A stretch of DNA of 61,121 nt, counting the filler, from Sphacelaria rigidula (Eukaryota): the NCBI GenBank assembly GCA_964200075.2. It is 8 parts of 8 records of this genome, joined end to end, with 100 filler letters (N's around TTAATTAATTAA, not from the genome) between each part and the next. Parts side by side here need not be neighbours in the genome. Positions count along the whole stretch, not along the records: positions 22,961 to 30,513 come from CAXNAA020014362.1; positions 30,614 to 38,166 come from CAXNAA020014363.1; positions 38,267 to 45,818 come from CAXNAA020014364.1; 5 more parts are not named here. One strand, 5' to 3'. The translations under genes and the position numbers were made by a program. Below, in pieces: positions 25,363 to 38,490 of this stretch (positions are counted from its first letter, which is position 1; each line of letters begins with the position of its first letter). The notes below the pieces were generated by a model, which was given only the letters and a program-made list of their open reading frames with translations, was not told the origin of the DNA and made no database searches.

Positions 25363-27140
25363 TCAAACAAAACAGACATAAACGCGGAAATTTTCAACCG
25401 GAAAAGTAGAGGGAATGCTTATGGCACAAGAAAGCAAAAAACGAGAAGTAGGCAATGAAATACGCGAGGAAAGACAGCAGCACATCAAAGCGCCCAGCGC
25501 GAGGTCAGGACCCATCGCTAGAGGACGTCTCGTCCGACAAATAACAACAATACAATGCTCAAAACATGTATCTCCAAGTTGAAAGGGCGTCTTCCAAAAC
25601 GAATGAAAACGACAGCATCAACAGAACGACAATCCTAGATATATATGCGCTTCAGAAATGTGAGATCCATCCTGAAGGAATCGTGAAGCTGTTGAACTTG
25701 ATAATAGCGCAAGAATACATGAAATGCTCGGTATAATATTGTTTAGCGCTCGCTCGACCGCCGGTCGCCTGCCAGAATTGACCGTGTTCATCTCGTAGCA
25801 GCGCCAAAACAACAAGGATGCGTGGTCGACCGCTCACCAGCCAACGAAAGTGCTGCCTTGTTCCTCGCCCGTTTCATGTATTTCTCGTCTTGGTTCCTTA
25901 TTTCGTCTTACTTTATTGTTTCGCGTGTTTTTTTTATTTTTCCTCCTCACCGTAGTAAGCCGGACAGTCAACACTGGAGCTGGAGTTGATGTATGCCGCG
26001 TCAGGACCTTCCAGGAATGACACCTTTTTGTTTTTGGGTCAGTAATGAGCGGTACGAACGAACGGAATATGAACACACCTATTGGATACAAAAATTGCAA
26101 TAAAGTTGAGGAATACTCGCCAAGAGGAGCCCCGAGAAATCGGCCGTTGTTGCGATAAACGGTACCCCACTGTGATGAATTCAAGACAACTCATCGAGCA
26201 AAACGTTGATGATTCTCGCAGGGCACAAATCGCGAACGTTACCAACCAGGCCACTTGTTTCTTGCGGCGTGAGATAAATATCTATGGCTTTCAGGCAGTG
26301 GCTTGAAATCCTATGTAAATGGCGGCAACTCAGATGCTGAGAACGAAGTGAACACCAGCGTCACTGATGAAAGAAACGTTTTCAGAAAATATGTAAATTT
26401 GTGCACGTCGGAGTGATCGGCTATGACCATGTTGAGCAATCAAGAATGCTGAAGGCAGAACACCCCCCCCCACGTTACCCTACAAGGCGAAGGAATACCA
26501 GTTCAGAAAATGAAGGATTGGATGTAGACGTTTAATAACCACCACTAGTACAATAATAGCAACAACAATAATCCACCCATTAATCAAGTCAAACAATCAA
26601 CTGATTAATCAACCGTATCGTACTGATCGGACGTGACCATACCGAGCCATGAAACACTGCCGATAAGGAATCAGATATTGGGGGCGGGGGGGAGGGGAGC
26701 TGGGGTAATGACATTTCAGATCTGAGCAGAGCTGACAAAGTCATCTTCACCAGAGTGAGAGAATCCCAATACCGAGAACGAAATGCCACTGCCGAACCAG
26801 AAGGATTGAATGAGAAACACATGTTCGAAAATAATGATATATATCAACATCAATAAAAAAGAAATACCTCATACTGATCCGTCACCACACTACCGAGCTC
26901 GGGCGTGTAGTCGTCGGTGTACCCTGCCGTGGCGTCCGTGGAGCACGATTCCACCAGTTTGTCACACCTGCGGAAAGTTTGCCATGAAATCGGAGACATG
27001 TATATCTACATGTGACGTTTCACACTTTTCACCACTTTTGCCGAGTTTTCTCCGGCGACACGGCACTTTTTCCCGTGCATTCTTTTGCAGCGCACTAAGA
27101 AGGCTCAACGGTACATTACCGTACAGGTTTGCTTGTGATT

Positions 27141-27448
27141 TGATTCCTGTGGCTCGTGTTCTGGCCACCAAAAGTCGCTTAAAATGGCCCTCTTTCGCGG
27201 GGTGTCCATCCCGGACAACAAAAGCCTTTTCAAGATAATGGATAACTTGAAACAGGAACCTGAACCGCAAAAGCCTGTTCAAGATCAGTTGGGGTATCAT
27301 CTGATACCTGTTGCGCGTGTTCTGGCCACCAAAAGTCGCTCAAACTGGCCCTCTTTCGCGGGGTGTCCATCCCAAACCACAAAAGCCTTTTCAAGATAAT
27401 GGATAACTTGAGACAGGAACCTGAACCACGAAAGCATGTTGGAGATCA
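27141..27448 (+). repeat. Tandem duplication, period 161 bp
   Basis: cgtgttctggccaccaaaagtcgct...aaaagccttttcaagataatggataacttg...caggaacctgaacc occurs twice. Confidence 0.9.
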
Positions 27449-30400
27449 TGGAAGACTTCGAACAGGATTACTGTTGACGTTTGTTGTTTCACCCGTGTTT
27501 CTCTTTGTCGCGCTCTCGTTCATTCGGGAGCACGAACACACCGGTTATACCACCGATGTCATGAGAACGTGAGAGCAAAGCAGTTGGAAACAATTGAACA
27601 TTGCCTTGGCCTTAGTCAGCAGCAAACAGAAAACCGTTTAATGGGCCGTTGGCGAGTTGAACAAGGCACAGCACCACGGCAGCACAGAGACGTTTTGCCA
27701 CAAAAAATATCACCCTGTTTGAGAAAAGGCCCGGTGATGTGGAAGCCACAGTGATGTATGAAGGACATTCCAAGCAAGACTGCTCCACACATGCCAATAT
27801 TTCGGAAAGCGTCTCCCGCCGCCATGTCTTTGTCGCACAAGAGCTAATTCACACTCTGGCAACCTCGGAAATACCAAACATATCCTACGCCGGCGGTTCC
27901 GCCGTCGGCCTCCCTCCGAATTCCCATATTTCCGAACGGCATCCAACGACACATGCGATGTTTTGTACAGCCACGATCACTACTGTACATTGAGACACAA
28001 CAGCCTCTCTTCACTATATATTTTCGACTTGCGTCACCCCCGGGAGGGCCGTACCAACCTCCCGAAGGGGAACCTTGTATACACATAATTGGAAGATGTG
28101 TTGAAAAATCCTATCTGTACAGGGCACAAAGCGCCAAAACCCAGACCCTATACAACGAGCAGAACAAACGTGGCATAGTTCGTCTGAGTCCATTTGGGGG
28201 GGGGTGTACTCATGATCATGCTTGCCATAGTCGTAAGACCATTGACCTCGCATCCCTACAAAGCCGGGACGGAGCACGCCGGGTTTTCGCCGGACCAGGC
28301 GAGGAGGGGGGGAGTTCGCAGTTCAAGGGGGAATATTCATAGTACAAAAAGTCAGAGGGATCAGTACGAAACAAATAAATGCACGAATAACTGGGTAAAA
28401 AAAAAGGGAACAGGCCGTCCACTCACTCGATGCCCTCGGGGCAGCAGCCGCGGTAGCAGCCAACCGTGACGGGGTAGTACGACTCGGTGTCCCCGCACGT
28501 CTGAAGGTCCACATCATGGTGGTGACCACGAGCAGAAAGACAACAGGTGAAGGTTAGCGGCTTCATCATGGGTGTTGAGCGGCACGTTTCCTATAGCGCG
28601 GCACTGTACTGTATATATATATGTAGACACCAGCGGATACAAATCTCGACAACGTGAAATGTTACAGACAGGCGGATTTCGCGCCAAAATGGCTGTGTTG
28701 TCATACAGCTTCGCCCGAGATACGGACAGCCACTACAGCGGCCTAGGTGGCCTCTCCCTCCTTTGTGCGCCACCTGGGGCAAACGCACGCTTAGCTGCAT
28801 CACGGGCAGCTGTACAAAATGTGGCCTAGCGATATAGCGCATAGCGACATGTGATATCGTGATACCCCATGTACACGTTGCCCGCAGCCAAAGCGTCTGC
28901 GTTCATGTTGTGGCGAACTGCATAAGACAGCGGGAAATCGATGCAGCACAGGGATGGGCTAAGGATGTCACATCCTGCGGTGAGCTATGTCACTCTGCAC
29001 CCTGCCGCTGTACAGTAAGCAGGTGGTACCGCCCAAGGCGCCACTGCCGGTTAATACGCAGCAGCGAACACAAACAGCAAGCAGTATATTGGTATACTAC
29101 CGCAGTGGGCAGCGCAAAAAACCAATCTGGACATACATGTAGGCCCCAAGATCGAAACTTCGAGTTGTTGAGTGTGTGGGGGGGGACTCAGCCGTCTGTC
29201 CCTTGGTTTATTGCCGAAGCGTTGTATACCGTCAGGAACTGCGGAACAAAAAGTAGGGCGTGAAAGGGAAGCGGGAAACGTACAGTACAGACAGCGCACG
29301 ACTATATACGTTCTCTACCTACAGTGCGACGTGAAAATGACTTGAACAACGTGCAGCTTTGTATGGCCTGCACTCGCCATGATGAGTGCGTATGCAATGA
29401 GCCAGTTATTCTCCACCCTATACCCTGCGATGTTCCGTCGCCGCGCGATGCCGCGACCATGAAGGAAGATGCTCAAGTTTCCGCCAACAAGACATACATC
29501 ACACCCAACCACGGCAGTGTGTATCTTTATCACTATGCCCAACTCGTCCTCTTTGCTGCAGGGTTGTGGTGGTAGGCTGGGGATAAATGTTGTAGGATCT
29601 GCATGGTTCGATCTGTCAACGGCGGGTGGTATATATCTTCGGGTGATGGTCTATATTATACAAGATTACTGGGTCCCAAAGTGCCCTGGAGGCAGCTAGG
29701 ACACAAATGTCGTCTAGAGGTTTGATGCAGTGCAAACTTCAGAGGTAAATTTACAACCTGGAGTGTATTGGTTCCCCAATTTTCCCTAGAGGCAACCTCA
29801 GTAAAATTATGTTCTCAAGGGAATTATGTGCCCTCTAGAGGATTCGTTTTATGAACGGAACTGGGGGTAAAATACCCTCTAGAGGGCATTTTCATCCTCC
29901 GGGGGTCACTTTACCCCCCTCCAGAGGATGAAAATCGCGATAGAGGATTTCAAACACGAGCCGAACGGCCGCGTGTGTGTGCGCTGTGGGCAAGAGTGCC
30001 CAAAACAAAACCTCCGGGACCCTATGTACCCCTCCCCCCCCCCCCCCGTCCGGCGGTCGTAGGATTTTTTTTTCACATTAAGAAGCACTCAATGAATAAA
30101 TAGCCATTTCAGGGCGACTTGGGCAAGGTAGCGCCCATGACCGTTGGCCCTATCTCCCACCACAACATTGGACGCAAATTGGCGGTGCAGATATATTCGT
30201 TTAGTTTGATTGAGCAAGAATTGCAGAGCATTGTGGTATTTGTCTGGTCTTCTCCTTGTCGTGGAAGTGTGATGTGCAATGTACTGCCGAAACTCATGGA
30301 TGTAACTCGGTCCTTGCTCCGAAGTTATGCGAAGAATTGAAGATTCATACACTTTTCATTATTTTTATTTTATTTTCACTGTGTACTTATTTTTTTATTT

Positions 30401-30634
30401 TTTTGTTCATGTATGGGATTTAGTAACCCCCCCCCCCCCGGAAAACCCCTAGGATCCAATAAATCGGCATGGGGGCACTCCTTCTTTGGGGTCAGTTTTT
30501 TTTTGTAAAACAANNNNNNNNNNNNNNNNNNNNNNNNNNNNNNNNNNNNNNNNNNNNTTAATTAATTAANNNNNNNNNNNNNNNNNNNNNNNNNNNNNNN
30601 NNNNNNNNNNNNNGGAATTTGAACATCTCTATGG

Positions 30635-30676
30635 TTAGGGTTAGGGTCAGGGTTAGGGTTAGGGTTATGGTCAGGG
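30635..30676 (+). repeat. Interstitial telomere-type repeat (TTAGGG)7, degenerate
   Basis: ttaggg ttaggg tcaggg ttaggg ttaggg ttatgg tcaggg. Confidence 0.75.
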
Positions 30677-31016
30677 GCGTGGTACCTCCAGGGACTGACC
30701 CGATTGGTTTTGATAAACGTCGATTCTGAGGTGTTTTGAACTACCACGCGGTCCTCCAAGCACGCGGTCCTCTCACGCATTACACACACGACGCTATACC
30801 GTAAATGCCCCGTGGACATCACTCCTTACTACATACGATTTTGTGTAGAGCGAGCTGTGTACAGCAAGCAGGGGGTGCAGTATGTGGTATGTGGTGTGTT
30901 GAGAGGGGGGTGGAAGATCCGTACCAACGGCATTGAGCGGGGTGCCGCGGTTGTTCGCAACGGTAAGATCTGTATCTTGGGGCCCTTTCTAGCGATCAGT
31001 GATGATGTTGACGGCA

Positions 31017-31335
31017 TCAGAGGTTCTTGAACTTGTCAAGAAGTTGTTGAAGACGTAGCTTCGTCAAGTGCTTCGTCCTTATGTCAGCTAGGTTGTATGA
31101 GGTGGGGACGCAGTGAATCGTCATCTTTCCCTCGCTAACGCGTTCACGGATGTAGAAGAACCTCAACGCGATGTGCTTCGTGCGAGAGCTGTACGTGCGG
31201 TTCCCGATCACATTTAGTGTCGCCGTGTTGTCGATGTACAGCGGCACCTTCTCGACCTCCTTTCCGAGACCAAGCTCAATCAGCATATTGGAGCAGAAAA
31301 TCGCTTCCTTTATGGCCAGCGCTGCAGCCACCACA
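31017..31335 (-). pseudogene. Ty1/Copia RNase H C-terminal fragment
   Basis: EAIFCSNMLIELG...LYIDNTATL...SSRTKHIALRFFYIRE...NLADIRTKHL then a stop; the sequence upstream of ~31340 is unrelated; a purine-rich tract near 30820-30830 (-) may be the PPT. Confidence 0.9.
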
Positions 31336-34300
31336 CCCGTGGACAGATGGCACTCTGTGAGGCGCACTGTGCAGGGTCCGTACAGGGTTCTCCACAGTCT
31401 TTGTGAAAAAGCCCTGACAGTGTAAAGCCAAATCGGTACCCCTCGTAGCGTTTTAATAGAGTTTTCCTCAGAGTTGGATTTGCAGTCCTGTGTAGGCACG
31501 TCGGCAAAGCCCTGCACAGTCCTGTGGTAGTGTTTTGGTGAAAAATCCCGACGTTTTTTGGGGGTTTTGCTATTTACGTCAATGTTGACGCACTGTGTTA
31601 CATCCGCCAACATTGACGTACTGTGTTACATCCGCCAACATTGACGTAATCTCTTACATCCGTCAACGTTCAGCATCCGTCCCACCAGCCCCGCATGGAC
31701 ACAGCAACACATGGAAAACACTCACACAGTCTCTAGCTATCGTTCAAGCCATCGCACGGAGCAAACGGACCCGTACCGGATGAGATACGTGCTTATGGCA
31801 AAGTGAGCGCCGCACCCCAAGCCGTGCAGGACTTCAAGGAATCCAAGTCCCACCCGCCTCATAAGGACCCAGTAATCTATTGTGTACACTTGGGAAGTTC
31901 TTCCCTATCGTTCGATCCATTACAGGCAGCGAACAGCTGCGTAGCTGTGTTAACAGAGCCCTAGCTGCACGGTGCAGCTGCCCACAAGATCGCCGAGTAT
32001 CCATATCCCCAGACCGCGGGTACTGACGCGATTCTATTCTGGTATGGCAGACATGTGGATGGTTGATCATGACCTCAGACGGTGTGGACACCGGGACACT
32101 CGTTGCCTACGACGCAAGTTGACACGGAACGTATCGGGACACGAAAAACATCCCCGGCGGCGAAGCTGTGGACAAGATGGAACGCTTCACCGTAGATCCT
32201 GCTGTAAAGTCACTGGCGAAGTGCAAGGATGTGCTGTCTTTTGTCGCCCGTCCCCCGGAGTTGGGATCACGGCATGGTTTCAGTGTTATTCCTTTTCAAT
32301 ATTATGGAGGCGGTATTTTCGGAAAATAGGCGCCCAAACACCGCACACGTAGCGTCTGATGGAGCTGAAAGTTGATGTGTGTGTGGGTTGAAGCCGAAGC
32401 TATGTGTCGACGCGGCAGTTGCGGCGATCCAATGGCTTTTAAGCGCGGCGTGACCTGAAACGAAGATTTTGGACGATGCTGAACCTGTTCCGAAAAGTAG
32501 AACACTTTCTAATGACAGTTCCAGAGGGTAATGGTATCAAATCCGTACGGAGCCAGGGGCATATCCTGCCAGCCTTGTAGTCTACATCGACCCCCTGGCG
32601 GTCGAGGCTGGCACCAAGACGAGAGTTGCTCGACAGTGAAGGTTCTCAATATGTTGGAGGTCGATTCCGTCGGGGTTTGGGCGCCGTGTCGACCAAAGCA
32701 GGGCCGCGCAGAGTAGTCAAAGAGGAGAGTATGTTCAGCCGAGGAGCACTGCGAACCTGCTCCGGCAGCAGGCAACGTCTCTCATCCTTCAGTGCCAGAT
32801 TTACCGTTCACGTCATCACCGCGGCCTGAAAATGACAGGGGGGGTTCTTGTGGTTTTCTTCTATCGCAGTCAACCGGATATTCTGCGTCTTTCTGATCCC
32901 ACGTGAAGATATTGACATTTCCCTGACAGGCACGCCGTCGGCGTTTCGCGGGCTTGACGTCATTTTCATTTGATCCTAGTATACAATTTCCGCCACCCCA
33001 GCAGCCATCTGTCGCAACAGGTGTACTGCATACAGTATGGTACGTTGTTTGTATCGCGATCGCATTTTTCGTACTGTACGCAGTACACTTGTCGACAGCA
33101 AATGCCAGGGGTGCACTGCGGAATACCACGGGTATAAACAGGAAGCGTGGACAGAGAAACATAACTGGCGGTAGTAATGTCCATCGGTACTCCTCGTGCA
33201 GTCCCTGCAGCACACCGTCGGGCGGGTCTTCCGCGATGACGGTAGTTGTGACGGACATCTATCGGTTCAACTTTGGGTAAGACGTTAAAGCCTATCGCGT
33301 GAAATGATGCACGGTGTCAGCACCGTGCAGCGCGATCGACTGTTACAGGTAATTTGAAGCAAACACGGCGCACGAGTCTTTACACCGCACATTCCGGCCG
33401 TGCTGGGATACAGAGACCTTCAATATCCTTGGCGTCATGTGATAGAATACGTTACAGCCCAGGTACGCGCGGGATTTTCGTCGCCAGTTCGGGATCGTTT
33501 ATTATCCGGCTCAAGTGTACGTACGCGAGGCACCAGCTGCGAAGGCCTGGGCTGATACTACGGTAGGGGCGTACTTTTTGTCTGAGATCAAGATTTGTTT
33601 TCTTGCCTTCATCTAATCCAAAACGACTGATGAAATATGCGAGAGTGCGCGAGGTTTGTAATTCTAAAGTACGAATAATATGCTCAATGAATTTGCAAAC
33701 GAGGATGCCCTGACCCACATTGTTGTGCATCTTGACTCGTTCGGAGACCCTGAACCAGACAAGGTTTTGCGTCAAAAGTGCACTCCTGCCGTTGCGGTGC
33801 TCCCGGGGGGAACCTTGCCCTCTCGCGTTATCATGACCCCCCAATATTTGTGGCGATCACCATTTCGATGGTTGTTTGTGCAGTAATTGGGATGTGGATC
33901 GTCTGTAAAGCATGGTCCATGGGCCCAACTTGTTGTGGTCGTTGTGGTTGTTGTGTACAGAATTTACACCGTGGCCACATCACCGCATCGCTTAGTACCT
34001 AGCATATTACGCGGACGCTTCCCGTGGTGACAGGAAAATGTTTCAAACATAGGGTTGAAGAAATTGAAAAAAATCAATCGTGCTACAAAGAAATCGCACA
34101 GATGCGATACAAAAACATGAAAAAAACGAATGAAAGTGGTATCAAAACAAGTAAAACACAAAAGAGACAAAAATAGGGGCTTGGCGCGCGCGATCGCTTC
34201 GCGGTAGCAACTCGTGCGCACCGCACGAGCATACACATCGCAAATCTAGACAGGTTTAGCGTGCCTCCTCGTCCCTCGCGATGATATCCCACCTGCCGTG

Positions 34301-37300
34301 TGCCGTGAAAACGCACGTCAATGATTTCAAGCTTCGCACCGCTCGGTGACTAATACAACCTGAAATGAGTGTTACCGTGCAGCACCGCCAGAACGATGAA
34401 ATGACGCCCCTGTCCGGCGGTGCCATGGCGTCACTTGAAAACCTTTGGCTCTACCCGTCCCGGCCCCGCGTAAATGCCGTCGCACCGCACGGCCCGCTAA
34501 TTTGGGCGCTTCTACACTTCCACAAAAAATGTCTTTGTCGTCGCAATTGCCACCACCTTATCACCCAACAATTAAGTCGGTATCACACATGACGGCCGGG
34601 CCGTGGCGCGTTCACCACGGCCGCCAAGTACACTCGCCGCCGGGTCCGGACGTTGGGATTTGCGCGGCAGAATCACGGGGTGACCGGCGTTACTACACCA
34701 TAATACAATCTGCCCCGTCCCTGCTTCCACAGTTACTCCCGTGAAATGTCATGCGTTGCCATCCTGCGGCGCCCTTCGTCCCATGGACATCGGGTAAATC
34801 TTCAGGGCTGTCCGACGTGAATACCTGCGCCACTCCCTGTAACAAGCGCGCACGACGATGGTGTGGCGTGCTTAATTCCGGTGATATTCCAGCATGAAAT
34901 CGCTCTGTTAGACTCATTGATGGGCTGTGGAATTTTGACAGACCCCCCTGGGAATCTACCCGTGGTCTCATTATGGACGTACCCAATGAGAAGAATACTG
35001 AAACACTTGCCGAAGAAAAGAAGGAACACATAAAAGAGGAAGTCGATCAGAACCACATGCTAGAGTGATATATCAGAAAAAATAATACTCAAGTGCGAGA
35101 ATCAGTGAACGAACGAATCAATCAATCAAGCATTGACGACTTCAAAAAGGGTCAAGAAAAGCTAAGCACACAAGTTAATGGCCGGCCTAAAACCGGAAAA
35201 TAAGGACAAGAAGAGGAAAGTAAAGAGCAGTGGTGATAAAAGTTAAATAATACGAAGCATGATGTAAAAAAGGGCGAAAGCCTGAGGGATTGAGGGCAGC
35301 AGAGCAGGTACAGAGGCGCACCTGTGAGCACAGTTCGGTCATGGAACAACATAATGAACAACCGATATGATTCATGTTAGACGCAATAGTCACTACTGTG
35401 GGGAATTTTGTAAACGTTCTCATCTGCGGCGATTTTGCATGACTTGCGCGCGCGACTGCTGTTGTTGCCGTGCGGTTTTACACTGTTGTGTTCTGTATGG
35501 TCTGTATACCAGATGCACTCTCTCAGGTATTCACGACATTTTATTACGCTATCTGTTACTTTTTGTTGTACGTCTGCGCATATGATATACCTCTGGTATC
35601 CGTTTATTCTGCTTCAAACGGTTTCCAGGGTCGGTTTTGAGTTTTGTCATGTCTTCGGTACGTCTATCATGTCAACACCGTCGACTTCCTGGGGGGTTAC
35701 TTCAAGTGCGACAACCAAATCGACGAAGGAATCGTTTACCGTGCCAGACCATTTGTGAAAACTCGGGGGTACTTTCATATCCTCATCCCATGGTTGTCAG
35801 AGTTCTTCAAGTCTCCCGTCCCGTTACAGGGGGAGTGGATGCGCTCTTCATAACGTGCCCGGTTGTGGGTGCGCTTTGTTGTGTACTCTCCACATCCTGC
35901 CAGATATTTTTTGTCAATTCAGTACGCCTCCCGTGTACCCTTGCCTGACGATGACGCCAGTTATGATTTTATTCCCTAACTTTCCGCCACGTTTTATCCG
36001 AGACATTTCACCACCTACTGCCTGTGTTGCGTGAGAGGGATGGACGTAGGGGGGTGCGGCTTCCTCCGGCTGTTCACGGTTCTCATCTTCATTCCAATTT
36101 CTGATCGTGTCTTTATTCGTAGGTGTATCGGAGTCTGTGAGTAAACGACTCCAGTTCCGTCTCTTCCCACAGATACCGGGGCATGATGTCGGCATACCAC
36201 CATGCACCTATGACCACGGGTTGGAGTCAAGCGTCTGATGCGCGGAAATACTACTGGTAGGTATAACGTGAACAAACACGGCACTAGTGCTAGTCACTCC
36301 GCCGTGATGCTATTCATAGCATTAAAAAAAAATACGTGCTTAGTCAGCATCCGTCATCCCGGATGCTGACTAAGCACGTATTCTTTTTAGGATGACTGCG
36401 GTGGACCGGTATCCCAAGAAGGAGATGGGGGACAGGAGGCAGCACTCAACTACTGTATTCCCGGTGATACGGACACGGCGTGTTGTTCAACGGGGGTTGT
36501 CCCCTGCCATCTCTCGCCTAGCACGCACGTGTATGCCCTTGTAGCTCCGCGTGTGTACTGCAAAGGACATAATTGAGTGCTCACCATGCCGCTGCAAGTG
36601 GGTGCTCCCGTCGGCTCAGACGTCCCGGGGCTCCGGTAAGTTCTCCGCATCCGACTCCTCTCCACTGTCTGCCGCGCTACTATCTGGTTACACCGACACC
36701 ATGGGGAGAAAATTGGTAGCAAAAAGGTACACGATACATGACCATGGAAATACGAATTATTGTGTGTTGGAGCCTGAAGGCTGACGGCTGTCGGCGTATG
36801 TGGTGACTACTTACGCCACATGGTGCACTTGCGAGCGAATAAAAATCGCAAGTTTAAACGTGTTATAGGCGCGTTTATGCCTGTGTCAAGCAAGTCAAGC
36901 TCGTTTCAAGCGTATTAATCCGATCACACCCTTTGTGCCGAACAGGCCTATTCAAGCTAAATAAAACGGGACTAAAACGTACTTGGGGCGGAACATGCCC
37001 TGCACCTGAGTCTGAGTCGTCTTCGTCCGACCGCAAGTCACACGCGCGCCGCTGGAAACCCCCCGATTCCCTGCTGCCACCTGCAAAGCGCACGCATATG
37101 GCCTGCAGTCCCTCAATATTGAGGACACGTGATGTTTTTTTATTGAATGTGGAGCGGCAAGAAATACCTTCCCAAACCCAATGTGATACAAGACGGCAAG
37201 CGAAAAAAGGTCAACAAATATGCGAATTGCGAAAATATCGCATAACACCACAAATGAATGCTTACACCGCCCACAACTGTAGGCGCTTCTCCACACGCCG

Positions 37301-37661
37301 AGGCCTCCGCATCCGTGGCATGGCCCACAGGGCTGCGCCACAGGAAGGACAGAGATGTGATGGCATAATACTTACGTGGGACGGCCGTAATCACAAGAAA
37401 TTATCCCCCATTTAAAACATATGCGACGGCTCCGTCGGCAGGGGCTCATATTCTTCTCCGAATTCTTCAACCGACCCTGTACACTTGAGGTCTATCTGTT
37501 CGACATCGGCAGTTGCCGACGAAGCAGATCCTCAACGGACACATTTGCGCCTCTACTGTTCGACGTAACCCGCCATCACCCACCCGAACAGTACAATCGA
37601 CAATCACATACGTGAAACAGAAATGGGCCCAATTTGCGCGCAAGGGCGGTGCTTCACTCAC

Positions 37662-38166
37662 CGTCTGCGGGCCCCGCAACCCCTGAAGTAGCACCCCGTG
37701 CATATCCCGTTGAGATCCCCGCGGCCACTGCGTCCTCCGAGCCCATCTCGGGAGGTCCGCATGCACCCTTGCAGCCACAATATCCATATACACATCGCTT
37801 GCCCCTCTTGCCACAACTGCAGGTCTTGCATTTGTGCCTCGCAGCCGTGTCTGGCTTACACTGACACTTCAGAAACTTGACTCGCCCCTCCTGCGTGAGG
37901 AGAGCATGCGGCGACAGTCTGAACACCACATTCTCCTTCGTCAGAGGCGCGCTGTCGTCCCCGTCACTTGTACACCAGCCGCGGCCTTCGAACGAAATCG
38001 GAGGGGTTGGGAACTGGATGGCTCCTTGCCAATATTCCAAGACGGCGTCGGCCCTGCGAACGTGCAATTCGAGCGCATCCCACCTCGGACAATTCTTCTT
38101 ACCCGTTGCTCCTTTGGCGGTCCAGATCGCATCCTGCACCACATGTGCAAATTTCCGCGCATCCCT
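37662..38166 (-). CDS. Exon encoding a putative AcademX-type transposase C-terminus (HxxRA/W/GW motif plus Cys cluster), 5' cut by the contig end
   Basis: The frame is open from the contig edge: CPRWDALELHVRRADAVLEYWQGA...FEGRGW...CQCK...CKTCSCGKRGKRCVYGYCGCKGAC; it ends at a G|GTGAGT donor; acidic candidate exons follow at ~37005-37080 and ~36585-36700. Confidence 0.6.
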
Positions 38167-38340
38167 NNNNNNNNNNNNNNNNNNNNNNNNNNNNNNNNNN
38201 NNNNNNNNNNTTAATTAATTAANNNNNNNNNNNNNNNNNNNNNNNNNNNNNNNNNNNNNNNNNNNNAAGAATGTCTGACACACTTATGAGCCTCTTTTTT
38301 CGTGCAACCAAATACCCCCCCCTCTATCGTAGGATGGCTC

Positions 38341-38490
38341 GGTCGACGAGGGAAAGGGACCGCTGAATCCTTCTCGCGCGATAAAAAATAAGGCAAGCAC
38401 CTTAGAAGGAAGATGGAGTGCTCAAAACAAACAAATAGACTCCTGTGTTGACCTTCTGCGTAACCTCGGCTGATAGGTTCAGATAAAACG
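38341..38490 (+). mobile_element. SINE family 1, internal fragment
   Basis: ggtcgacgagggaaagggaccgctgaatccttctcgcgcgataaaaaataaggcaagcac matches the family body. Confidence 0.75.

Noticed and set aside
28420..29480. Small Cys-rich exon candidates (…TVGCYRGCCPEG on -, …LCMACTRHDECVC on +)
   Set aside because: They are too short, lie on opposite strands and cannot be assigned to a family.
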